Below, piece after piece: positions 36,307-45,462 of a DNA stretch of 60,610 nucleotides. How positions within the stretch are numbered: the stretch's first letter is position 1; each line of letters begins with the position of its first letter. The translations under genes were made by a program, and so were the position numbers. The stretch is from an uncultured Armatimonadetes bacterium. Its GTDB lineage: Bacteria; Armatimonadota; UBA5829; DTJY01. Location: NCBI GenBank assembly GCA_937875395.1, contig CALNCU010000173.1, forward strand, positions 1 through 60,610, written 5' to 3'. The notes beneath the pieces were generated by a model, which was given only the letters and a program-made list of their open reading frames with translations, did no database searches and had not been told where the DNA came from.

Positions 36307-39003
36307 ATGCCTGAGCATACGGAATATAAATTAACAACCACCAACTTAATGTGCGAATACCTGGTTAATCCACTTGGCATAGATACCAGGCAGCCGCGCC
36401 TTAGCTGGGAGTTGCATTCAGATAAGCGCGGAGAACACCAGACGGCATACCAGATATTGGTAGCTACAGACGTGGAACTGCTTAAACAAGATACAGGAAA
36501 CCTGTGGGATTCCGGCAAGGTTGTCTCCGGCCAGTCCGTCCATATGGTTTACGGCGGCGTGCCCCTGCAATCCGGCATGAGATGCTACTGGAAGGTTCGG
36601 GTATGGGATTCGGAAGGGTGCGCTGCCCCATACAGCAATACAGGCTGGTGGGAGATGGGGCTGCTCGCAGAGGCGGAGTGGCAGGCCCGGTGGATAGGTG
36701 CGCCTCCGCCCGCAATCCCGGAAGGCGCCACGGCAGGCCCCTCACCCCTGCTCCGCCGGGAGTTTACCTTAGACCAACCGGCAGTCTCCGCCCGCGCATA
36801 CATCTGCGGGCTTGGGTACCATGAACTCTACATAAACGGCCGGAAGGCCGGGGACAGCGTGCTTGAGCCATCCGTCACCCGCTACGACCGCCGCGCATCC
36901 TACGTAACGCGCGACATCACGGATATGCTCTCCACCGGCAAAAATGCCGTGGGAGTCATGCTGGGGAGCGGCTGGTACAATTGTCATACTAAAGAGGTGT
37001 GGGATTTCAGTGCAGCCCCCTGGCGCGATCTGCCCAAGATGCTGTTGCACATACACATAACGCTGGCAGACGGTTCCTGCCAACAAATAGTAAGCGATAC
37101 CAGTTGGCGCACCTCCACCGGGCCGCTTGTCTTTGAAGGCCTTCGGAATGGGGAGATATACGATGCCCGGCAGGAAAAACCGGGCTGGCTCCTGCCGGAA
37201 TACAACGACAGCAAATGGGATGCCGCAAGGGTAGTCCCCGGCCCCGGGGGGGTTCTATCCGCACAGCAGATGCAGCCGTGCAAAGTAATGGAAACCATAG
37301 AACCGATCTCCGTAACAGAGGTCAACCCCGGCGTTTTTGTGTACGACATGGGGCAGAACTTTGCCGGCTGGGCGCAGCTTAACATCTCCGGCCCGGCGGG
37401 TACCCAGGTAACCCTAAAGTATTCTGAACAGATTGCGCCAAACGGCGAAATTGATAGAAGCGAAGTTAACGCGCTTATAAAAAGCGGGGGCTTTCAAACA
37501 GACAGGTACATTCTAAAAGGGAGCGGCCCGGAGACCTGGGAGCCAAGATTCACATACCACGGCTTCCGGTACGTTGAAGTAACCGGCTTCCCCGGCACGC
37601 CAACTCTGGATAACCTTAAAGGCCGGGTGGTTCACACCGCTTTTGATTCCGCCGGAGAGTTCTCCTGCTCAAACGAGCTGTTAAACTCCATCCAAAAATG
37701 CGCCAGATGGGCGTATATAAGCAATTATGTGGGCATACCCACAGACTGCCCGCAGAGAGAAAAGAACGGATGGACGGGGGATGCCATGCTTGCCGCAGAG
37801 ACCGGCCTCTTCAACTTTGCGCCCCAGGCGGCCTATACCAAGTGGATGGCGGATTTTGCAGATGAACAGCGCCCCAGCGGGCAGTTACCCGGCATAATCC
37901 CCACAGGCGGCTGGGGATACAACTGGGGGAGCGGCCCGGCGTGGGACAGCGCCTACACCCACATTCCGTGGTACCTCTACCTGTACTCCGGGGACACGCG
38001 AATCCTTGAGATCCACTACAAACAGATGAAACGTTACCTGGACTATATGACCAGCATGTCCATAGATAACATACTCTACTTTGGACTGGGGGACTGGTGC
38101 CCGCCGGTGCCAAAGGATGAGAACATTGCACCGGTAGAACTCACTTCTACGGGCTACTACTATGCCAACAGCCTTATACTGGCAAGGGCGGCAGAACTGC
38201 TTGGGTATCACAGTGACAAGGAGACCCATCTGGCACTGGCAAAGCAGATAAAAGAGGCCTTTAACGCCAAATTCTATGATTCCAAAACCGGCAGATATGC
38301 AGACGGTAGTCAGACAGCGCAGGCTTGCGCGCTCTTCCAGGGGCTGGTGCCGGAGGGTGAGCGTTCAAAGGTGCTCTCCCGCCTGCTCTCTGCCATAGAA
38401 GAGAAGGACAACCACCCATGGTTTGGCATACTGGGCGCAAAATATGTGCTTAATGTGCTTACGGATGAAGGCTGCGCAGATACGGCCTTCAAAATTGCCA
38501 CGCAGACCACATATCCCAGCTGGGGGCACTGGCTTGCCCAGGGTGCAACCACGCTCTGGGAGACATGGGAAGGCACGGATTCTCAGAATCACATCATGTT
38601 TGGCGATATAAGCGCGTGGATGTATAAGACGCTTGCCGGAATAGCGCCGGATGCATCATCTCCGGGGTTCCGGCACTTTACCATCCGCCCGCAGGTACTA
38701 TCCGGGCTTACCTGGGCAAAAGCGGAGCATAAGTGCATGTACGGCCTCATTAAAAGCGGCTGGCGCGTTACGGAAGATTCCATACTCTTTGATGTGCAGA
38801 TACCGGCAAATACCACAGCCACCATCTACCTCCCTGCAGAAAACCCCGATGCCGTGCAGGAGAGCGGGCATTCTATTGACAATATATATGGGATAGTGAC
38901 GGCCGGAGAAGAGGATGGCTGCATAATCCTGAACGCAGGTTCTGGAGAATATCACTTTACAATCAGGGCTGTCAGCCGGGAGAATAAATTATGCCCGAGA
39001 TAA
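36307..39003 (+). CDS. GH78 alpha-L-rhamnosidase family protein
   Basis: PRLSW, DMGQNFAG, FTYHGFRY, PTDCPQREKNGWTGD, GDW, GATTLWE and NHIMFG; no signal peptide. Confidence 0.93.
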   Translation: MPEHTEYKLTTTNLMCEYLVNPLGIDTRQPRLSWELHSDKRGEHQTAYQILVATDVELLKQDTGNLWDSGKVVSGQSVHMVYGGVPLQSGMRCYWKVRVWDSEGCAAPYSNTGWWEMGLLAEAEWQARWIGAPPPAIPEGATAGPSPLLRREFTLDQPAVSARAYICGLGYHELYINGRKAGDSVLEPSVTRYDRRASYVTRDITDMLSTGKNAVGVMLGSGWYNCHTKEVWDFSAAPWRDLPKMLLHIHITLADGSCQQIVSDTSWRTSTGPLVFEGLRNGEIYDARQEKPGWLLPEYNDSKWDAARVVPGPGGVLSAQQMQPCKVMETIEPISVTEVNPGVFVYDMGQNFAGWAQLNISGPAGTQVTLKYSEQIAPNGEIDRSEVNALIKSGGFQTDRYILKGSGPETWEPRFTYHGFRYVEVTGFPGTPTLDNLKGRVVHTAFDSAGEFSCSNELLNSIQKCARWAYISNYVGIPTDCPQREKNGWTGDAMLAAETGLFNFAPQAAYTKWMADFADEQRPSGQLPGIIPTGGWGYNWGSGPAWDSAYTHIPWYLYLYSGDTRILEIHYKQMKRYLDYMTSMSIDNILYFGLGDWCPPVPKDENIAPVELTSTGYYYANSLILARAAELLGYHSDKETHLALAKQIKEAFNAKFYDSKTGRYADGSQTAQACALFQGLVPEGERSKVLSRLLSAIEEKDNHPWFGILGAKYVLNVLTDEGCADTAFKIATQTTYPSWGHWLAQGATTLWETWEGTDSQNHIMFGDISAWMYKTLAGIAPDASSPGFRHFTIRPQVLSGLTWAKAEHKCMYGLIKSGWRVTEDSILFDVQIPANTTATIYLPAENPDAVQESGHSIDNIYGIVTAGEEDGCIILNAGSGEYHFTIRAVSRENKLCPR

Positions 39004-39503
39004 CAATTTGTGAATTCAAGCCGGGGGACGCTGCAGATGTCTCCCGCATCATCTGCGAATCTTTTAAGGATGTTTTCTGCGGAAAACTTCCAGAGTACTT
39101 TGCCCCATCGCACTCACCAGAAAAGATGATAGAAATGGCTCTGTCAAAAGACCCGTATGAAAAACGCATGGCCCTTGTAGCATTGAGCGATGGAAAAGTT
39201 ATTGGTTATGCAAGAGGCACGGCACACGTCTGCGGTCTGGGCAGCTGGGAAACAGTTGCCGTGGACCCGGATTTCCGGAAGGGCGGAGTGGCATCCGCAT
39301 TCATGGAAAGGATGCTGGAGTTCTGGCGCAAGAGCGGCACCCGCAAAGTCTCCACATGCGTAACGGCATCAAACACCCGCGCCGCGCTCTTTTACTTTAA
39401 GCACGGTTTTACGGTGGAAGGGTACCGGAAAGACCATTTTGCCCCCGGCATGGATGAGATAATCCTGGCCCGGTTCCTCTGGTTATATGCGCAGAATACC
39501 TGA
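38991..39503 (+). CDS. GNAT family N-acetyltransferase
   Basis: VAVDPDFRKGGVA and N..A..FY.KHGF motifs. Confidence 0.88.
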   Translation: MPEITICEFKPGDAADVSRIICESFKDVFCGKLPEYFAPSHSPEKMIEMALSKDPYEKRMALVALSDGKVIGYARGTAHVCGLGSWETVAVDPDFRKGGVASAFMERMLEFWRKSGTRKVSTCVTASNTRAALFYFKHGFTVEGYRKDHFAPGMDEIILARFLWLYAQNT

Positions 39504-40812
39504 AAGTGAGAAGAAGATGAAAGAGACGGCTTCAGCACAAAATATTCAGCAACACCTGTCATACCTTACAGAAACCATAGGCGTCAGGCTGGCAGGGTCA
39601 GAAGGGGAACGCAATGCCGCTCTGTACATTGCGGAGCGCTTTCAGGATTACGGCGCAAAAGTAGCAATAGAAGAGTTCCCAATCCGCCAACGGGTGGTAG
39701 AAGAAGAACGCCTGCTTATTCAGGCGGGAGACCGGTGGCATGAATTCCCGTGTTCCCTCTTCAGCAGCACCCCCGGAACAAACGGCAAAATAGTAGAGGC
39801 GCCTATTGTATTTTTTGAGGCCGTGTCCCAGCAGCACCGGAAAGACCTCTCTTTTCTCTCTGGCAAGGCCGTGGTACATATGGGCTCACACATAGAGTCC
39901 AGGGAATACTACCGGCGGCTTATAGAAGCCGGGCCGGCGTTTTTGCTGATGGTTGACATCAGGCACCCGGGCAGCGTGCCCATTGCAGACGGCATGTTCC
40001 CCGCATATACATCGGCTATAGGCGCCGTCCCCACGGTGAGCGTGGCGTATATGGATGCATGGAAGTGGAAGGCGGAAGGCGCAAAGAGCGCAAAACTTAT
40101 GGTTAAGGGAGGGATGCAGCCCGCAGTCTCCCAAAACGTAATTGCCGTCCTCCCGGGCAAATCACCTGGTGCAGGGGCTATTGTACTGGGCGCCCATCAC
40201 GATACCCAGGCCGGCACGACAGGCGCAGATGACAACGCCAGCGGAGTATCGGCCCTGCTAGAGATTTGCAGGGTGCTAAACTCAACACAGAGGGATCGGG
40301 AGATCAGGCTGATCAGCTTTGGCGCAGAGGAGCAGCTGTCAGAGGGGAGCGCATACCACGTATGCCGTCACATAGATCAGATTAAAAGAGATACAAAGTT
40401 TGTGTTTAATATGGATAGTTGCGGTTCATTGCTTGGCTGGACATCGCTGGTCTGCAATAGCTCCCAGGTTTTTACCAATTATGCGCGGGAGTGCTTTGAA
40501 AGCAGAGGGGAATATCTCACCATTGAAACAGATGCCCTGCCGTACGGTGATCACTTTCCCTTTGCAGCTGTGGGCATTCCGGCCTTCTGGTTGTTAAGGC
40601 ACAACTGTTCGTCCGGACTGTTCTATCATCACCAGAGCAATAACAACATCTCCAAAGTCTCCTCAGAGATCATAGCCCGCCTTGCAGATTGCGTTGCAGG
40701 GCTGGTGGAAGGCCTGGGGAGCGGCCCGTTCCCGTTCCCTACCGCCATTCCGGAGGAGATGCAGGCGGTTATTACCAGGTATTGGAACGATCTGTTTGTA
40801 AAAGAGCCTTAA
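39487..40812 (+). CDS. M28 family metallopeptidase with PA-like insert
   Basis: AHHDT, GADDNASG, AEE, NMD and YHH motifs. Alternative start 39517. Confidence 0.88.
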   Translation: MRRIPESEKKMKETASAQNIQQHLSYLTETIGVRLAGSEGERNAALYIAERFQDYGAKVAIEEFPIRQRVVEEERLLIQAGDRWHEFPCSLFSSTPGTNGKIVEAPIVFFEAVSQQHRKDLSFLSGKAVVHMGSHIESREYYRRLIEAGPAFLLMVDIRHPGSVPIADGMFPAYTSAIGAVPTVSVAYMDAWKWKAEGAKSAKLMVKGGMQPAVSQNVIAVLPGKSPGAGAIVLGAHHDTQAGTTGADDNASGVSALLEICRVLNSTQRDREIRLISFGAEEQLSEGSAYHVCRHIDQIKRDTKFVFNMDSCGSLLGWTSLVCNSSQVFTNYARECFESRGEYLTIETDALPYGDHFPFAAVGIPAFWLLRHNCSSGLFYHHQSNNNISKVSSEIIARLADCVAGLVEGLGSGPFPFPTAIPEEMQAVITRYWNDLFVKEP

Positions 40813-40841
40813 ACCGCCTTCTCCGCCCATCCCTGCAGTTC

Positions 40842-40981
40842 TCTAAAAGGCGGGTAATGCAGGCTGCCAGGGAGATGGGTTACCGGCCAGACCGCATAGC
40901 CAGAATGCCCACCACAGGCCGGACGGATTTCTTTAGCTTCTGGCGCCCCAGGTTGGATACGCCATGGTTGTAATGGAATAG
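40842..40981 (+). pseudogene. remnant of a LacI family regulator (HTH hinge region)
   Basis: Translates SKRRVMQAAREMGYRPDRIARMPTTGRT, matching LacI 'RV..AA.ELGY.PN..AR.L..GRT'. Lacks the HTH start and stops early. Confidence 0.65.
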
Positions 40982-41057
40982 GTTTTACAAGTTACTATGG
41001 CGGATTTTGCCCGGGGATTTCCTCTTTTGGGGGATTGTCAAGGGATTCTGCAATACC

Positions 41058-41086
41058 TTGACAAACAATTAGCATGTGGTTATAAT
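41058..41086 (+). promoter_or_regulatory. consensus sigma70 promoter
   Basis: TTGACA-N17-TATAAT upstream of the FAD oxidoreductase. Confidence 0.8.
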
Positions 41087-41177
41087 AGGCCCCTGAAGCC
41101 ACGCCGGTTGGCGGGGGTGTACTCTTGCGCAGATATTTAATACCGGCTGCTAACCGGTTTGGAAAGGTTGTATAAGG

Positions 41178-42449
41178 ATGAAAACCTTGTCATATTCCAG
41201 AGAGATTCCCTTAGGTGAAGAGACAGATGTTATAGTCTGCGGCGGGGGGCCTGCCGGTATAGGCGCCGCTGCCGGGGCAGCCCGCGCCGGGGCCAGAGTG
41301 ACGCTGCTTGAACAATACGGCTTTCTGGGAGGCATGGCAACGGCAGGGCTGGTCTTGCCGTTTGGTGATACGCAACCGGCCATTGCCCGGGAGCTGTTTG
41401 ACCGCCTTGAAGCCCGCGGAGCAGCCAATGGCTGGAATTATGACCCTGAAACATTCAAACTGGAAGCAAACGAACTTCTGCTTGAAGCTGGCGTGGAATT
41501 GCGTTTTCACACTGCTTTCTGCGATGTAATGATGTCCGGCAACGCTGTGAAGGGCGTTGTAGCTCTCAGTAAATCCGGCCTTGAGGCCCTGCCCTGCCGT
41601 GTTGTTATAGATTGCACCGCTGACGGCGACGTTGCCGCCTCTGCCGGTGCAGAATTCAGCAAGGGCCGCTCTGATGGGCGCATGCAGCCGGTGACGCTAA
41701 TGTTCCGCATGGGCGGCATAGACCTTGAACGCTACCGTAATTACGAACAATCCGATGACCGCATGGAAAAAGCGCTCACCAAGGCCAGGGATGCGGGCGA
41801 TGTTTCACCGTTCACCTGTTCCGTCATGGGTTTTGTGCCCGTGCCCGGAGGCAGGGAAGTAGTAATCAACCTAAGCAATTTCCCCGGAATAGACGGTACT
41901 AATGCACGTGACCTCAGCCGTGCAGAAATAGAGACCCGGCGCGAGGTCTTTCGCATAACAGCGGCATTAAGAAAATACGTCCCCGGCTTTGAACAAGCCT
42001 ATCTTATTGATACGGCCGCCCATCTTGGGGTTCGCGAAACCCGGCAGATAATAGGTGAATATGTGCTTACTGCAGAAGATATTTTTGAGGCCAAAAAGTT
42101 TGAAGATGGAGTGGCCCGTAATATCTTTGAGATAGATATCCATCCGCTTGACGGCATAGGACGCGCCTCCCACACGGCCAAAGAAGTATTCAGGGCAAAG
42201 GAACCGTGGGTTGATATTCCCTACCGCTGCCTTGTTCCCAGAAAGATTGATAACATACTTGTAGCCGGACGCTGTTTCTCCGCAACTCATGAGGCCATGG
42301 GGGCGGCACGCCGTATGGGTCCCTGCATGGATATGGGGCACGCCGCCGGTGCAGCTGCCGGACTTGCTGCCAGGCAAAATATCAAGCCACGGGAGATCTC
42401 TGCCGCCGCCGTTCAGCAGGAACTTCAACGCCAGAATGCTTCCGGGTAA
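41178..42449 (+). CDS. FAD-dependent oxidoreductase (FAD_oxidored family)
   Basis: GGGPAG, GGMAT.G, IDCTADGD, GVRETR, IPYRCLVP and VAGRC motifs. Confidence 0.9.
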   Translation: MKTLSYSREIPLGEETDVIVCGGGPAGIGAAAGAARAGARVTLLEQYGFLGGMATAGLVLPFGDTQPAIARELFDRLEARGAANGWNYDPETFKLEANELLLEAGVELRFHTAFCDVMMSGNAVKGVVALSKSGLEALPCRVVIDCTADGDVAASAGAEFSKGRSDGRMQPVTLMFRMGGIDLERYRNYEQSDDRMEKALTKARDAGDVSPFTCSVMGFVPVPGGREVVINLSNFPGIDGTNARDLSRAEIETRREVFRITAALRKYVPGFEQAYLIDTAAHLGVRETRQIIGEYVLTAEDIFEAKKFEDGVARNIFEIDIHPLDGIGRASHTAKEVFRAKEPWVDIPYRCLVPRKIDNILVAGRCFSATHEAMGAARRMGPCMDMGHAAGAAAGLAARQNIKPREISAAAVQQELQRQNASG

Positions 42450-42749
42450 AGCACTTCTTAAATACAAGTACTATCTCCCAGTTACGCCCCGCCGATTCTA
42501 AAGATTTTTGGATGATGGTTTGGCATACGCAATGTGCTCCGGCAGCAGCATCCGCCTAAGATGGACTCTGTGGCCGGAGCATCTCCGCCATCAGGCCTTT
42601 TTTACCCGTACTATCAGGTAAACGCGCACCTCCGGCACAATGAAGGTTGTGTTTCCTTTGAAGCTGCTAAAGCTTAACGGCTCTCCCATCTTTTTCTATA
42701 GAGGATATGCTCCACCCGGGGTATGCTGCATGAGGCGGAGGGCCGGTTT

Positions 42750-43922
42750 CTAACTGTATCGCCCAAAGTGCTGGATTGCCGACATTATCAGCCGCATCCC
42801 CGTCAGCCGGGAGCCGTTGTTAATGCTGCCGGCGGTACTAAAGACCAGCCCTCTATGCTCTTGCGCCATCTCAAAATCCCGAAGGAATTCTGCCACCATG
42901 CCAAATTCATTGTTCCGGCTGAACGTAAAGGGGGCAAGCTGGCCGTGTATGACCGTTTTGGGCATGTGCCGGCGTATCTCATCCACCATCACGGTGGGGC
43001 CAAAGTTTACGCTTGTCAAGTTTAAGTCGCCCAGCAGCGGTAGGAGGTGGCCCATTGCAGAGTCGGAATGCTGGAATCGCGCATCTTCCGGGCTTGGGCT
43101 GAATTTGTTAAAGATGGCTTGCAGTATTGGGTGTCCAAAATCCTCATACATGGCGGGTGTCATCAGGCAGCAGTTGTCATCGCAAAACCAGAAGCCGTGA
43201 GGGGCATCGCCGGCTTCTTTATCAAGCAGATCGGCTATGGATATCACGGCGCGCAGAATGGCATCGCGGAAACGCAGGAAGAGCGGCTTGTTATCTTCAT
43301 ACAGGTAGATGAACCGCTCTATTCCGTAGATGGAGGTAGCAAATGTAACCGGTCCGCGGATGCCTCTCAACCTGGGCAGGGGGACACCCAGCAAGCTGAG
43401 ACGGTTTTTCTCCTCTTCCCAGTTTTCCGGCAGCAGGAACGAACGCAGATCGCCGTTCAGCCTGGCATCCACCCTGTTAAGCAGCGCCTTAAGTTCTTCC
43501 TCGCTATGCGCGGATTCCTGCAGCCACCAGGAGCCGGAACGCCATGTTTTTTCCGATTCAAAGAGGTCTGCAAGCCCTTTTACGGGCGGCCATTGCATAG
43601 CGGGATCGGCGGCCTGTTCGCTTAGCAGCCGGCGTCCTACTATGGTTTGGGATTTATCATTGTAGGCTTTGTTTAGCTCTATCTGCCAGTCTATGTCATT
43701 GTTGTAGCGCCAATAGTCTTCAGCAATGCCCAGCTCATCATAGACGCATTCGCCGGACATCATTATGCCCAGGGGCACCTGCGGAATATCTGAACCAAAC
43801 GGATCTGTACCGGCAAGTTCCTGATCCGCCCAGAAACTCTGGGTATCCAGCGGCGCAAGGCCACCGTTGCGCTGTGTTTGATCAAGCAGCCATGTAATGC
43901 GTGCCTGGTTTGACAGGTTCAT
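42750..43922 (-). CDS. uroporphyrinogen decarboxylase-like (URO-D/MtaA superfamily) protein of unknown function
   Basis: GPVTFA...YG.E, DD.C.LMTP.MY, HSD and HGQL.P motifs, C-terminal GLVFSTAGS. Confidence 0.7.
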   Translation of the reverse strand: MNLSNQARITWLLDQTQRNGGLAPLDTQSFWADQELAGTDPFGSDIPQVPLGIMMSGECVYDELGIAEDYWRYNNDIDWQIELNKAYNDKSQTIVGRRLLSEQAADPAMQWPPVKGLADLFESEKTWRSGSWWLQESAHSEEELKALLNRVDARLNGDLRSFLLPENWEEEKNRLSLLGVPLPRLRGIRGPVTFATSIYGIERFIYLYEDNKPLFLRFRDAILRAVISIADLLDKEAGDAPHGFWFCDDNCCLMTPAMYEDFGHPILQAIFNKFSPSPEDARFQHSDSAMGHLLPLLGDLNLTSVNFGPTVMVDEIRRHMPKTVIHGQLAPFTFSRNNEFGMVAEFLRDFEMAQEHRGLVFSTAGSINNGSRLTGMRLIMSAIQHFGRYS

Positions 43923-43941
43923 AATTATTCCTTTCAGCCAT

Positions 43942-44092
43942 CTAGCGGCTCACCAAATTATGCAGGGCGATACTTCGGCCCACCGCTGCCGAAGCACGGG
44001 ATATCAACCCCAAGGCGATACTTCGGTCGCAGAGCCGGAGGCGTCGCTGCCGAAGCATAGTTAAACATCATAACTTTTTGGTGAAGTATTAG
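43942..44092 (-). mobile_element. MITE-like copy of the GCTTCGG...CCGAAGT repeat family (two units)
   Basis: Reverse-strand units match the 11.3 kb array; imperfect TIRs (CTCACCAAA/TTTGGTGAAG); CTAG and TTAG flanks. Confidence 0.75.
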
Positions 44093-44249
44093 TGTTCTAT
44101 TAAGTTAGTTTTACAATAAAATCCATCGGGTGTGGGGCATCGGAGTGAGGAGTGTATGTCCGAGTCTTAATTTATTGAGACAAGTTACGCACCGGAACGG
44201 AGATGACCCCACGCACCACTGTAACAAATTTAACTTAACAGAACATTAG
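44089..44249. mobile_element. second MITE, 153 bp, with 15-bp TIRs and TTAG direct flanks
   Basis: TTAG|TGTTCTATTAAGTTA...TAACTTAACAGAACA|TTAG; internal nested inverted repeats; no ORF. Confidence 0.8.
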
Positions 44250-44329
44250 CCTTAAGTATCTTCTTATAGTATAATGCTGTTATTGCCCGCCGTACATGCA
44301 TATTATTGCTAAATATTTGGATAATCTTG

Positions 44330-45283
44330 ATGTTGACCAATCCCAATTACGTTAAAGCTCTACAAACTAATCCATCACCCCAATTGCTTCAGGCCTACTG
44401 GCGCAGCCATCTGTATTCCTGCAATATTTTGCATGCGTCCCGTGAGTTTTTGGGGCTTGGGGAAAGGGCTAACTTTGCCTCGCATGCGCACATGCTGTAT
44501 CACATAGTGCTGTTTATCAAGGGTGAGAATGAAGTCTCATACCTGGACAAACCCCGCATTTGCCGCCCGGGGACCCTTATTATATCCGGCCCCGGAGAGA
44601 TGCATAATTTCTTCAAACGCAAGTCCGGAGAGGTGACTTATCTGGAAGTTACGTTTGAATACCGCCGGGGAGAGGAGCTGTTAAGGCTGCCGTTTCATGA
44701 GGTGCTGGCTCTGCTGACCGGGTCTTCATTGCCATTTGTCAAGTATCCTGTGGAACTGGATGAGGGTGCCTGGCCCCAGCTTGCCACCCGTATGACGGCG
44801 CTTATAGAGGTAATGTCTGCAGGTTTGCCGCATTCAGTATTTTCCGGGCATGTTATACTTAGTGATATTTGCGGTATGCTGGCCCGGTCTGTATATATGG
44901 CAAACAAGCCGGAAGCAACCGGTCTGGCGGCAAGGTTAGAGAATGTACGGCGTGCTATTGAAAGCAACTACGGGCAGGCGCTGGGGATAGAAGACCTGGC
45001 ATCAATGGCCCAAGTCTCCACGGGGTATTTTTGCAGGGAATTCAAGCGGGCATTCGGTATCACTCCCATTGGTTACTTGCTGCAATGCCGGATCGCCGCT
45101 GCGCGCAGCCTGCTATTATCCACCCGCATGTCCTGCCGCGAGATAGGTATGCGGGTGGGATTTGCAGATGAGTATTACTTCTCACGCGTGTTTAAGAAAA
45201 TGGCGGGGGTCTCTCCGGTATCTTACCGCCGGCAGTCAACGGCCTGCGCCCAATCGACGCCCATCTCCAGTCTCCCCAAGTGA
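44330..45283 (+). CDS. AraC family transcriptional regulator with cupin sensor domain
   Basis: HAH...PGEMH cupin; C-terminal double HTH (FKRAFGITP, GFADEYYFSRVFKK..G.SP..YR). Confidence 0.92.
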   Translation: MLTNPNYVKALQTNPSPQLLQAYWRSHLYSCNILHASREFLGLGERANFASHAHMLYHIVLFIKGENEVSYLDKPRICRPGTLIISGPGEMHNFFKRKSGEVTYLEVTFEYRRGEELLRLPFHEVLALLTGSSLPFVKYPVELDEGAWPQLATRMTALIEVMSAGLPHSVFSGHVILSDICGMLARSVYMANKPEATGLAARLENVRRAIESNYGQALGIEDLASMAQVSTGYFCREFKRAFGITPIGYLLQCRIAAARSLLLSTRMSCREIGMRVGFADEYYFSRVFKKMAGVSPVSYRRQSTACAQSTPISSLPK

Positions 45284-45462
45284 GCGTATTTGTAATCTAC
45301 CGGCTATCTTAAAAAAAGAGCCTTGCTGTAGTAAAACCGTGTATAATAGCTCTTAGTTCACGTGCTGCCTTTTGCATCTATCCTGACATACCGGAGCGGC
45401 GTCATTCTGATATGATAGAATCCGTGCAAAAACAGCAAGTAGTAGGACTTGGGAGATAAAAA

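Noticed and set aside
42535-42581. Long hairpin TGCTCCGGC...GCCGGAGCA as a novel ncRNA
   Set aside because: Single copy between convergent genes; adequately explained as a terminator or stability hairpin.
42750-43922. Calling this gene hemE
   Set aside because: Lacks the RQAGR substrate motif of true UroD and has no heme-pathway context.
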